Below the pieces are notes generated by a model, which was not told the DNA's origin, ran no database searches, and was given only the letters and a program-made list of their open reading frames with translations. A stretch of 64,000 bases of DNA. Source: Cyanophora paradoxa CCMP329 (Eukaryota; Plantae; Glaucophyta). The first letter of the stretch is position 1; each line of letters starts with the position of its first letter. Positions 49,190 to 61,340 of the stretch are shown here, piece by piece. The stretch covers positions 124,001 through 188,000 of the forward strand of contig QPMI01000116.1 of the NCBI GenBank assembly GCA_004431415.1, written 5' to 3'. The position numbers were made by a program, and so were the translations under genes.

Positions 49190-52100
49190 ATGCCGCGGAG
49201 AGGGAGCTCACCGGCGGCGTCCTCGTCGTCGTCGGAGGTGCGTGGCAGATGCGCCGGGGCGAGCGTTCGCGCTCCGCCCACGGCCTGAGAGCTGCGCAGA
49301 CGGAGGACGAAAGCGGGCTCGCGGGGCGACTCGCCAACGAAAGCAGCGCAAGGAAGCGTCCCGCGCGGTCGCGGGGAGCTATCAAGGAGCCCGCGACGCC
49401 GCCCGCACGCGCGACGAGAGGCGCTGCGAAGTTGGCAGCTTCCGGGCGCAAGCAGCGGGAGGAGGAGCGAACAGAAGGATCCTCTACGGAGGACGAGAGC
49501 GCGGCTGCGACCTCTGCAGCAGCAGCGGCAGCGTCCCCCGCGCGGAGGAGCGCACGCTCCGGGGCCGCAGCAGCGAAGAAGGGCGCGCGAGCGGCCACCG
49601 AAGCGGAATCCAAGCCCGCATCGCCAGCGCCGGCGAGCAGCCGCGCGCGGAGGGCGGCGGCGCGAGCGGCGGCGCCCGGCAGCCCGTCCGCCTCGCCCGC
49701 GCGTGCTTCGAGGGCGCGCGGCGCGGCGAGCGAGCGGCCGCCGGCGAAGCGGCGGCGCCTGCGCCGCAACGCCGGAGGAGGCGACGACGATGACGAGGAC
49801 GAAGAAGACGAGAAGGACGAGGAAGCGACCGGCGGCGGCGGGGACGCGCCGGAAGCAGCGCCGGCGCCCCCCGCGGAACCCTCACCGCCGCCGCCGGCGG
49901 CGCGGCGGCGCGGGGCAGCGGCGGCAGCGGCAGCGGTGGCGACGAAGCGGCGGGGCGGAAAGAAGGCGTCGGCGGGGAGCGAGGACGGGGAGGGGGGTAG
50001 CGGAGAAGGATCCGCCGCGTCGTCCCCCGCGCCTCAGCTGAGCTTCGTGCGCGCGCTGCGCTCCCCGGCCAAGCGGCAGGCGGCCGCGGCTCCGGCGCCC
50101 GCGGCGGCCCCCGCCTGGGTGCTACCGCGGCGGAGGCCCGGGGGTACTCAGGCGGCCCCCGCCCTGCGCCCGCCCCGCTCCTCCTCCGCCGTCCTCGAAG
50201 GTCATCGAGCTCTCGTCGAGCAGCAGCGGGGACGAGGTCGCCGACGACTCGGAGGCGGAGGAGGCGGAGGAAGAGGAGGAGGAGAAGAAGCCCAGGGCGC
50301 CTGCGGCTCCGCCGGCGGCGGCGGCGGCGCCCGGCCCCGCCGCCACCACAACAATCGAAGCCCTCTGGCGCCGCGCCGCCGCCCGCCGCCCCGCGGGGCC
50401 CCCGCCCGCTCCCGCGCCCCCGCCCCCGCCCTCCTCCTCCTCCTCGTCCGCCTCCGCGCTGCGGGGGGCGGCGCACGCGCGGCCGTGGGTGGAGGCCCAC
50501 GCCCCGCGGGTCGAGGACGACCTCGCCGTCCACAGGCGCAAGGTGCGTGGGTGGGGCGCGGTGGGGCGTGGTAGGGGAGGCGGCGCCTTCTTGTAGCGGG
50601 CCTACAAGCTTCTTGTAGCGGGCCCGCCTTCTTGCATAAGCCTCGTCGTCTTGTCTTTTTAGAGTATAAGCGGGCCCTTATATATGGACGAGCCTCGGCC
50701 CTCCTTAGCGCTTCTAAACAGGCACTGGCTTCTTTGCGAGCTTCTCAGCTCTTTAGCGAGCTTCTCAGCGCCGCTGATCGGGCCGCGCCTCGCGTCAGGT
50801 CGCGGAGGTGAAGGAGTGGCTGGAGCGCAACGCGGGGCCCCTCCGCGCCGGCGACCCCCGCGTGCGCCCCCCCGCCCGCCCGCCCGATAAGCATCGGGCC
50901 CTAAGCCTCAAGCCCTGTTTGGCGCCCGCCCGCCCGCCCGCCTTCCCGCCCGCCCGAGAAGCCTCGGGCCCTATCTGACGCCCCCGGGGTACAGGCCCAG
51001 CGGCTCCTGGTCCTGGCCGGGCCCCCGGGGGCCGGCAAGACCGCCACCGTGCGCCCCCAGCGCCTCGCCCCGCGTCCCTTCCCCCTGACTCTTCCCCTCC
51101 CCTTCAGGTTCGGGTGCTGGCGGCGGCGATGGGGTACGAGCTCGCCGAGTACGCCGCCCCGGCCGGCACCCACTGGCAGGCGCGCCCGCGCCCCGGTCCC
51201 GTGTTCGGCTCCGGTCCGCGCCCCTTTTCTGATTTGCATCGCAGCCCCGCGACGACGCCTCCTGGCGCGATCCCGACGCCGTTTCCGTGCGCCCTGTACC
51301 CCCTTCCCGTCCCGCCCCGCATAACTCACGGTACCCCTTTACAGGTCCCCTACGAGGCCCGGGTACCCTCCTTCCGGGACTTCCTCCTCCGCTCCCACAA
51401 GCGCGTACCCCCTCTCTTGCGCCCGTAACCCCCTGACGCCCCGGCAGGTACGCGCTCAGCTTCGGCCCGGGCCCCGCCGCCCCGCGCCTTCTGCTGGTCG
51501 AGGAGTTTCCCCAGGCGACCCCGTACCCCTCTCCGCTTCGTTCCCGCACCTGTTCCTCTGACGCCCCCCTTCAGCTGCCCGATCCCGGTACCCAGGAGGC
51601 CTTCCACTCGGCCGTACGAGAGTTCCTGGCCTCCGCGCGGTACCCCAGTACCCCTGGACCGCTCGCGCCCCCGTTCTTGACGCCCCTACTCCTAGGAGCC
51701 CCGCCGTCTTCGTGGTGAGCACGGAGGGGTCGGCTCCGGACCGGGACGGGGCGGGGGCGGGCTCCTCGGGCCGCCGGGGCCCCTCCTTCGACCGCCTGGC
51801 CTCCCTCGTACCCCGCGACGTGCAGTCCTCCCCCCTCGCCTCCGTCATCCAGTGCGCCCCCGGCCCGGCCCGGCCCCGCCCCCCTCGCCGTGATTAATGC
51901 CATTCTCTGCAGCTTCAACCCAATCGCGCCGACGCTCCTCACGAAGGCCCTCGAGCGCGTCGCCGCCGCCGAGGGCGTCCTGGGTACGTACCCCCTCTTT
52001 CTCGTTCTCTCGGTGAATTCGAATTCGAACGTGTACCCCCGCAGGGCTGCCGGAGGCGGCGGCGGCGGTGGAGGCGGCGCGCGACGGCGGCGACGTCCGC

Positions 52101-53620
52101 AGCGCCATCCACGCCCTCCAGGTACCCCCCTTCTTTTTTTTTCTGCGCCTTGGCTGTACCCCCCCTCCGCTGAGGTGCGCGGGACGCCAGTTCGCGTGCC
52201 GCGGGGTGGACCCGAGGCCGGCGTCGTCGCGCGGGGCGGCCGGCAGGGGTGGCGGCCGCGGGCGGGGCCGGGGCGCCCGCGGCGGCGCCTCGGCGCGGGA
52301 CGGGGCCGGGGTCCGGCGGAGGGGGCCCTCCGGGACGGGGAGGCGGCCGGCGTACCCCCCGCGGGGCGTGACGTCATGTACTCCCTCCTGCACGCGCTCG
52401 GCAAGGTCCGGGACCCGTCTGGACACGTACCCCCCGCCTACTTCCCACCCACCCCGACCGACCGTTCGCCAGGTGCTGCACTGCAAGCGGGCGCCGGCTC
52501 CGCCCGGAGCGCCCCCCGGCCCCGGGGACGCGCCCCCGCGGGGGCCCCCCGACTTTGACGTCAACCGGCTCCTCGAACGGGTATCCCCGTACCCCCTCTC
52601 CACTTCTACCCCACCCCCCGATTCCTTCCCCCCACGCAGCTGCCCGCCTCGACGTCCGCCGTCATCGCGTTCCTCCACCAGGCGCGGCCCCGCAGACGAC
52701 CGTTCCCCGTTCCTGTTGTACCCCCCCTTTGACTCCCGGAGCAGAACTACCCCCCATTCTTCGAGGAACCCGACGACTTCGCCGAGGCCGCCGAGTCCGC
52801 TGCTACCCCCCCCCTTGCACCCGTACCCCCCTGAGAACGCCTCGCTTCGTTCGCAGCGCGCTGGCGGAGGCGGACGTGCTCTCGCGCTTCGCGCTCTCGT
52901 ACGGGGGCGGCGCCGGCGTCTCGCAGGCGGCCGCCTACGCGGCGCCCCTGGCCGTGAGGGGCGTCATGGCCGCCAACTGGCACCCCGCCCGTCCAAAGTG
53001 CTTCTGTCCTATCCTCTCCCTTCTCTCTCTCTCCCTTCTTAGCGCCCCCGGGCAGGTTCCAGCCGATCACGGGCCCGCGGGTCTTCGCCAACGACCGCGC
53101 GGCGCGCGAGACGGCCGCCGCCGTGCGCGCCGCCGTCGCTACCTCTGAGGACCTCCTAGGAGCCGGGAGCGCGGCGCCCGGCCCGGCGCCGCCGCCTCCT
53201 GTGCTGCTGGAGCCCTCGGCGCTGGCGCTGGACCTGCTCCCGTACGCTGCGCTGGTGGCTGCGCGGCGGCCGGCGCCCGTCCCGCCGCCCCTGCGCGACC
53301 TGCTCCGCCGCCTCGCCTCGTACGGGTTCACGCGCTTCCCGCACGGGGCCGGCGGGGCCCCGGCGCCGGCGTGGCGCCGGCGCGCCGAGGAGGAGGCGGA
53401 GGAGGGGGAGGGGGCGGGCCTGCGCGCGCCCCCCGACCCCGCCGAGGACGGCGAGGCGGAGGCGGAGGCGGCCGAGGCCCCGCCCGAGGCCCCGCCCGAG
53501 GCGGCGGGCCCGGCCGCGGACCAAAGCGAGGCAGTGCCGAGGGCGGCGGGGGCGGCGGGGGGGCCCCGATCGCGGGCGGCGGGGGTGGAGGAGGACGAGG
53601 TGGAGGACGCGGACGACTAG
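49190..53620 (+). CDS. RAD17: Cell-cycle checkpoint clamp loader Rad17/Rad24 with a long low-complexity N-terminus
   Basis: PWVEAHAPRVEDDLAVHRRK/VAEVKEWL, Walker A LAGPPGAGKTAT, LLVEEFP, FNPIAPTLLTKAL, GDVRSAIHALQ, GRDVMYSLLHALGK/VLHCKR; TAG at 53618-53620. Start at 49190 is inferred from an in-frame first exon with a GT-AG intron. Confidence 0.9.
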
Positions 53621-53937
53621 CGGGGCGCTTGCAATTGGGGGTACTTGTACCGTACTTTCGATCTCAAGCGTTCAGCCTCCCGGCTATGAATCTGTCTGCC
53701 GTGGCGCGCACGTGCCTGCCTGCCGTGTCGTCGGGCAACCTAGGATATCGATGCGGGTAGTGCACTGCGGCATGCATCACCGCAACGAAACCACGTCCGT
53801 GTCACGACGAAGACTGAGAGTCAATCGAGGGCTAGATGCGAGTGGCGACATTGGTAATCATTGATATGCAATTATAAATAGTACTAGTGTTACGTATACT
53901 AACGATGATACGCGATAAATTAGGCGATAGGTTTAAT

Positions 53938-56900
53938 TTACGACGCCGACGGGGGCAGGCGGGGCGAGGCGAGCACGCCGGCGGCGGGCGGGCGCTCGAG
54001 GGGGGGCAGAAGGCGCGGCCGCCGCTGGGGCCCGGCCTCCCCGCCGTCTGGGCCCGGGGTACCCTCTGGAGGGGGGCCGACGTCGGCATCGGCGTCGGCG
54101 GCAGGCGGATCGACGGCCAAGATCAAGGAGGGCGGCCGCGGGCCCGGGGGGCGGGGGCGCGGCTGGCGCGGGCGCGGGGCGGCGAGGGCGGCGTGGGCCC
54201 CCCTCGAGGGCGGCCAGCAGGGGGCCGAGGTGCAGGTCGGGTACGGGCGTCGGGGCCCGGTGCTGCGGTACACCCCCGGGGGACGGAGGCCCTCGCTTGG
54301 GCCCGGGCCCGCCTCCGCCGCGGGCGGCCTTGGGATTAAGCTCTCGGCTGACGGCGGACCCGGCGGCGTCGCGGCGGGCGCGCCGCCCGCCGCCGGCGCC
54401 GCATCCTCCGAGGCGGCTTCGGAGGGGGCCGCCGCCGCGCCCGCCGCCGCGCGCAGACGCCGCCGCGCGCCTAAGGCGCGGGCCGCCTGCGCGAGAGACT
54501 TCGAATTCAGCTTTGGCTTCCGAATCCGAAGTTCGATGGCTTTGGCTCTAGATCTAGTAGCTGAGGCTGTGAAGATCTAGACTCTAGTAGATTCAGCCCA
54601 CGCCGCCAGCGGAAATCTGTAGGGAATTCTAGAGTCTGAGAGGGAGTTCTGGAGGGAAGGAACGTACGAGGGCGGCGGCGCGGGCGCAGCGGAGGACGTC
54701 CACCAGCACGGCGGCGGCGAGGGCCGCGCCCGTCCCCAGCAGGAGGCCCTCGGGCCAGCCGCCGGCGCCGGCGCCGGCAGAGTCGCGCTGGGGGCCTGGG
54801 GGCGGGGGCGGCCCGGCGCGGAGGGCGAGGAGGGCGGCGGCGGCGAGGGTCTGGGCGAGGGCGGCGGCCGGGCGCAGACAGGCGTCGAGGCGGTCGGCGT
54901 AGGGGCGGGCAAAGGCCGCGAAGGCGAGGCGGGCCGCGCAGGCGCCCGCCGCGAGGGCGAGCTCCGCGACGCCGCCGGACGAGTCCCCGGCCCCTGCGCC
55001 ACTCTCAAGATTAGCATGCAGCAAAGGAGTTTGAAGTTTATAAAGGTCGAAGAAGCGAAGTTTGCTTAAAGTTTAAGAAGGCTTAAAGGAGTTCGAGTTT
55101 CGAGCCTGAAGAACCAGGAAGTTCACATTTAAAGGGTAAATTAACATCAAGCTTTAAGAGGCAGGAAGTGTAATTATAGAGGAACGTTTGAAGGAGATAT
55201 TATAAGAGTTGACGCTCTGTAAAGTTCGCGGGGCGAATGCAATCGAATGCAAGCGGACCGAGGAGGGCGCCGAGGCAGAAGCCGTGGGCGAGAGGAAGTG
55301 TAATTATAGAGGAACGTTTGAAGGAGATATCATAAAAATTAAAGCTAAAGTTTGAAGGGGCTCTGTAAATTTCGCGGGGCGAATGGAATCGAATGCAAGC
55401 GGACCGAGGAGGGCGCCGAGGCAGAGGCCGTGGGCGAGGTCGACGGCCGGCGCGGCGCGGCCGGCCGCCCTCTCGGTGGCGTAGGGCGCGAAGAACGGCG
55501 CAAGGGGCTCCAGGAGAGGCGCCAGGGAGGCGGACCCCGAGCCGCGGCCGCGGCGGCCCAGCGCCCCGGCGGACATCGCCGTGACCCCGACGGCCTGCAG
55601 GATCTGCGGGGATGGCTCAGTTTACATAAACAACTGAAACGTGGAAGCTTAGCGGTATTAATATTATATATAGTCTGAAGCTCGACGAGGCGGGAAGCTT
55701 GATTCTACTTCTAATTCTGATTTTAATCTCTTAAGAACTCACGAGGAGAACGGCGGCGGCGGCGACGAAGGGCGTGTCCGCCTCGCTGCTGCCGCCGCCC
55801 ATGGGCCGGCGCGGCAGGGCCGCCTCGCGCCCGGCGTGGAAGGCGGCCGAGAAAAAGCAGGCGGCACAGGCGGCGTACGCGAGGCGTGCGGGGAGGAGGG
55901 CGGCGGCGGGGGCGGCGCCGGCGCGGCGCGAGGAGGCGGCCTAGGCGGCGGGAGAGGAGGAGGCGGAGGAGGAGGGCGAGGCCGGCGGCCGCGCCGAGGC
56001 AGGCGAGTGCCTGCACGAACCCCCGCGCGGCCCGCGCGCTCTGCTCCAATGCCGCCGCCCCCGTCCCCGCTCCCGGATCCCTGCGTTTTGTTAGAGGATC
56101 TAGAGATCTAGAGGAGATAAAGCGAAAGATCTAGAGAGGGACGGGGGGAGTTGCGCACGGGTACGGGGGGTACGGGCATGGCGCCTCGACCGGCTGCAGG
56201 AGGGTCCACCCGAGGGGCCCGCACGCCCCGCGGAGCTGCTGGGGGGCGAGGCGGCAGCTCCTGCGAGCTCGCGATCGTCGTGATCGCAATCGCGATCGCG
56301 AAGAGTGGGGAGAGCGAAGCGAAGGTATCAAGGGCGCACGCGACGGCGGCGACGAATGGGATGTACCCCGCCGTCTCCTGCGCGGCGGCCTCGCGATCAG
56401 CGGGGAATCTAGGAAACGAGTCTCAGAGTCTGCGGGGCGCACGAGGACCGCCCAGGGCAAGGCCCCCTCGAGCCGGGGCGAAGGGGCGGGCGCGTCGCTG
56501 TGGGTCAGGAGGCTCAGCGTCGACGGGCGGCGGCCGAGACCGGAGCCGGAGTCCTCGGAACGCGCGCGGCCCGCAACGACGCGGTCCGATCCTGATCCCG
56601 TGGCGCCGTCGGCGGCGGCGCCGGCGGACGGGGCGACGCGGCTCCCGCCGGACAGGCTGCGCGGGAGGCTGCGGGGGCGGCGCTCCCGGCCCCCTCGCCG
56701 AGCCCCGCCGCCCGCCGCGGGCTCTCAGTCTTGGCCGAGGCCGAGGCCGCCGCCGCCGCCGGCTCCCGCGCGGCGCAGGCGCCGGCGAGCGCGGGACAAG
56801 GCTCGCCCCGTCCCGGCGCCCGCGGCCGCCGCGAGGGCGCGCAGGACAGCCGCAACGGCGACGGCGACGATCCAGGCCGCGCCCAGGGCCGAGGCGGCGG

Positions 56901-59900
56901 CTCCCAGCTCCCTACCGCCCAAGACCGCGGGGCCGGCGCCGGCGCCCGCAGGGGGAGCCGGCGGCGGGGCCCGGGGCGCCGCGTAGTCGACGATGACAAG
57001 CGTCGTCGCGTTGGCCGCCCTGAGAAGAGGAGTTGTCAGTTGGGCCTTCAATTTAGCTTAGCCGATTAATCAATTTGTTGGTCGCTCTGAGAAGGTTGCT
57101 TTTGCCTACAGGCTTTTGTTCAACTTAGAGTCAGGTTAGTTCGAATAATTAGTTCAGTTAGGTCTTTCGTTTGGGTCTAGTTTAGTTTATTCGCTTGAGG
57201 GGAAATGAAAGAAAGAAAGGGCGGACAGGTTGAGGCGGTTGGCGGCGACGAACGCGAAGAGGTAGCGTCCCGGCGGGGCCCCCGCTGCGCGCGATCGATC
57301 AATCTTAGTCTCGATCTTAGTCTTAATCTTAGTCTTTTGATCTATCTTAGTCTTAATCTTAGGGCGGGCGGGCGCACGGCGGAGGGCGATCAATCTATCT
57401 TAGTCAATCTTAGTCTCAATCTTAGTCTTGATCTTAGGGCGGGCGGGCGCACGGCGGAGGGCGAGGCGGAGGGTCGCGGACTGCTCGTGTCCGGCCAGCG
57501 CCGCCGCCTCCGCCTCGAACTTGGCAGGCCCGGGGCCCTCCAGCAGAAGCCACGAGGCGGAGGAGAGGATCTCGCCCCCGTCGACCGCGCGCCCCACCAG
57601 CGCCGCGCCCTCCCGCGGGCTCGCCACCAGCACCCGCGCCGGCGCCTCGACGGCCGGGGGCGCGCGACACGCCGCGGCGGGCTCCTCCTCCTCGACGGCG
57701 ACCGAGGCGGACGCGGCGCCGAAGCCCTCGGCGAGGCGCGCGGCGGCCGCCGGCTCCGCGAGGCGCGCCGCGGCCGCCTCCAGCGCGCCCTGCGCGACGG
57801 CCGCCGCGCCGCCGCGGGCGTGGGAGAGGCGGTGCCGCAGGAAGACGGACCCGGCCCAGCGCTCCACGCGAAACAGCTGCGGCGAACCTCAGACGGACGG
57901 CTCAGACGAGGCTCAGAAGGAGCTCAGACGACGCACGGCGATTCCGTCGGGTGAGGGCGCGTCGGCGAGCTCGGCTCCTCGGAGGCGGGCGAGGAGGGCG
58001 GGGGAGGCCGCCCCGGGGTACTCCTGCACGAAGCCCTCGAAGGGCCGCTCGAGCCGCACGGTCACCACGTAGTCTGCGGCGGGTCCGGCTCGGCTTAGCT
58101 CCTAGGAGCAGGCAAGAGGGCGTGGGGGGTACAGTGGCGCACTGAGGGGCGGGAGGACGGCGACGGCGACGCGGAGGGCGCCGAGGAGGGGTCCGGAGGG
58201 GGCGACGAGGGCGAGCTCGAAGGCCTGTACCCCCGCCCCCCGGGGATCGAATTCGAGGCTCGAAAGAGAGGGGGGTACCGGACAGACTAGGACGCACGTA
58301 GGAGCCGGCGGGGGGCCGGAGGGCGGCGGCGCTGCAGGGCGGGTCGACCGCGGCCTCGATGACCAGCCGCGCGCCCTCGACCTGCCCCGGCCCAGGAATG
58401 AGGCTAGGAGACAGGAGCCAAGGCGGACAGACAAGGCCGGGCGCGCCTGCGTCCAGCGGCAGCGGGCGCCGGGGGGTACGACGGACGCGGAGCCGTTGAG
58501 GAGGAGGCGGGGCAGCGGGAGGCGCAGCACCGGCGGCACGCTCGCCGCCGCCTCGAAGGAGAGGGACTCCGCTGCGGCCGAGGCGGCGGCGGCGGCAGGT
58601 GCGGCCGTCGGTGACGGCGACGGCTGCGGGTCGGCGGCGGCGCTCGAGTTCGAATCCGCCGCCGGCTTCGACGATGTCGATGAGGGCGGCGGCGGCGTCG
58701 GCGTCGGCGTCGGCGACGCCTCCGAATCCGCCGAGGCGGAGGCGGGCGGCTCGCCCGCGGCCGGCCCCGCCAGCGCCAGGCCCCACTCGGGGGAGGGGGC
58801 GGAGGCGGCGCCGCCGGCCGCGGCCGCGACCGCGGAGCACGCCCCCAGGAAGCCGGCGCGACCGACCGCGGCCCCGCCCAAGTTCGTCGCGTTGATCGTG
58901 AGGCGGACCTCGATCTCGAGGGTCCCGGCCTCCACGCTGACGTTGGCGGCGAGGGCGCCGGCCGGCCCCGCGTCGCACGCCACCGAGACGCTCGTCACGT
59001 TCTCCCTGCCGGAGCTCGCTGAGTCGTAGGCCTAGATCTAGATCCAGAACAACCGCGTACCCCGGGGGCAGGGAGAGGCGGAGGGCGAGGTCGCCGGCGG
59101 GGCCCAGCTCGGCCGCAACGATGGCGGGGCTCGCGGGGGCCGCCCGACACTCCGCACCGCCCTTCAGGCGCTCAAGGTCTGCATGCAGCCAAGTCAGGAA
59201 GGAAAGAAGCTTAAGGGGGTGAAGAAAGCGGCGGGCCGGCGAGGGTGGCGGTGAAGGCGGACGAGGAGAGGAGGGCCCCCGGGTCCAGCCCCCCGAACAG
59301 GGCCGCCGCCCCCCGCTCCGGCACGTAGCCCGCCGCGCCGACTGGGGTACCGTTAGAGAAGAAAGGGAAGGGGGGGGAGGGGGAAAGGGGGTACGGTAGC
59401 CGTTGGGAAAGTCGCCCTCCACTCGCAAACGAGTCCAGCGGCGGCAGCCTGCGAAGAGAGAGGGGTTGGGAGGGGTACACGAAAAAGGGAAAAGGGGGTA
59501 CGCACGCTGGTCGAAGAGGAAGGCGGCTCGTGCAGAGAAGGCCGAGTCGTAATTCGAGTACCCGTTGGGCGCGCCGCCGGAGACAACCTGCGGGGGTACA
59601 CGCGTTAAGAAGAACGGGACGGACGGGGGGAGAGCGCGCGGGGGTGCACCCAGGTCCCGTTTGGCATCGACTGCGCCGGCGAGCGTCAGAGCAGACAAGG
59701 AAAAGAAAAAAAGGAAGAAAGAGAAGGAAAGAGATAGAAAGGATCGCACCCAGCTCCAGGGGAAGTCGAGGAAGACGGGGAGGGAAGAGGCGGGCGCGGG
59801 GAGGGAACGCCAGCGCAGCGCCGGCTCCGCAAGGTCCAGGAACCTGCGGGGCGAGATATTAGGTAAGAAAGGCAACGGATAGAAGAGCGCTAGCCACGCA

Positions 59901-61297
59901 GCGGAGTCGGAGGCGGGAGGGCCGTGTCCCCTCTAGATCTAGCTTATCGAGGCCCTCTAGTCTCTAGTTGGCTCAAAAGAGCTAGGAGAGGCAGAATCGA
60001 GAGCTCAGGGCGAAGGCTAGATGAGATCGAGCAGATGAGATCCTCTGCGCTTTCCGGGCGGCATCGAGATCGAAAGCTAGGACCCTGTAACTAGGATCTA
60101 GACGAGACCCCAGCCCTCGAAAACTCCTGCCTCCGCTCGGTTCAAAAGCGCACCCGAAATCGGTCTGGAAGACCGGCGGGCCGGCGCTCCCGCTGCGGAC
60201 GGGACGCATTTGGTGAGGCGGAAGAAGCAAAGTAGACGGGGGAGAAGAAGCAGAAGAATTTCTCTCGGACCAGCAGATGTACCAGCGGGAGCCGAACAGG
60301 GCGCTGCGCGGAGCGAAAAAACTTGCAGCTCAGAGAGGCCGCAAAAAGAAAAGGAAAGAAAAGGAAAGAAGGAGAGGGCGCGCCTCGGGGCGAACTGGCG
60401 GGGGGCGAGGGAGCCCGGCGCCCCGTCGGGGATCAGGTCCAGCCGCCAGCGGCCCGCCCCCGAATCGAACCCGTACACGTCTGAGGGGGGGAGAAAGAAA
60501 CCTTTTAGAGGAGGGGCAGGAGGGGGGGGTACGTCAAACTTCGATCGAACGAACCGTTTCGGAGGCGGCGATTCGCGTCCGCCCCGAACGCGAAGTACAG
60601 CATCCCGTCGTAGTACGCCTGGCATGGGGCGGGGCGGGGTACGGTCTGAGAGAGGAATTCGAGGGGGGGGGAATACGAGGGGGGCACGTGGGAGGGGCCG
60701 AGGCGGTCGGGCCCGGGGGGAAGGGACTCCCGCTCCAGCGTCCAGAGGTCTGAAAGCGGAGTCAGTCCAGAAAACAAAAAAACGGGCAGCTCTCTGCTAA
60801 TCATCTAGATCTGCAGCAGATCAAGGAAACAATCTCTCTCTCTATCTCTAATTTAGTATGTGCAACAGCTCTCTCTCTCCCTGAAACAAACAAGCAGCGC
60901 CCAGATCTAGATCTAGAAGAGAAAACTGCCTCTCTCAATCTGATCTGCAGCGGGCCGGGCGGATCGGACCGAGGCGGTCGAGCGCGGAGAGGGACTGCCC
61001 GAGGAGCGCGGGGTCGGCCCCGCCGGGCACGCCGCCGTAGGCCCACACGAAGCGCCACCCGTCCGTGACAACCGCCGCCCGGCTCTGCCCAGAATCAAAG
61101 GTAGTCAAAAGGCAGATTTAGTTAGATTGCTGTTAGATAGGTCGACTTCGGTCAGAAATTAAAGCTGGAAGCCTGAAAGTAAACGCACCCGGGCCTCGAT
61201 CTCCAGCTGCCCGCCCCGCTCCTCAAACGCGAGCGCCGACCAGACGGGCGGCTCTGTGCACGAAAGCGATCAAACGCAATCGATATACTGGAGCGGA

Positions 61298-61340
<43 letters not shown>

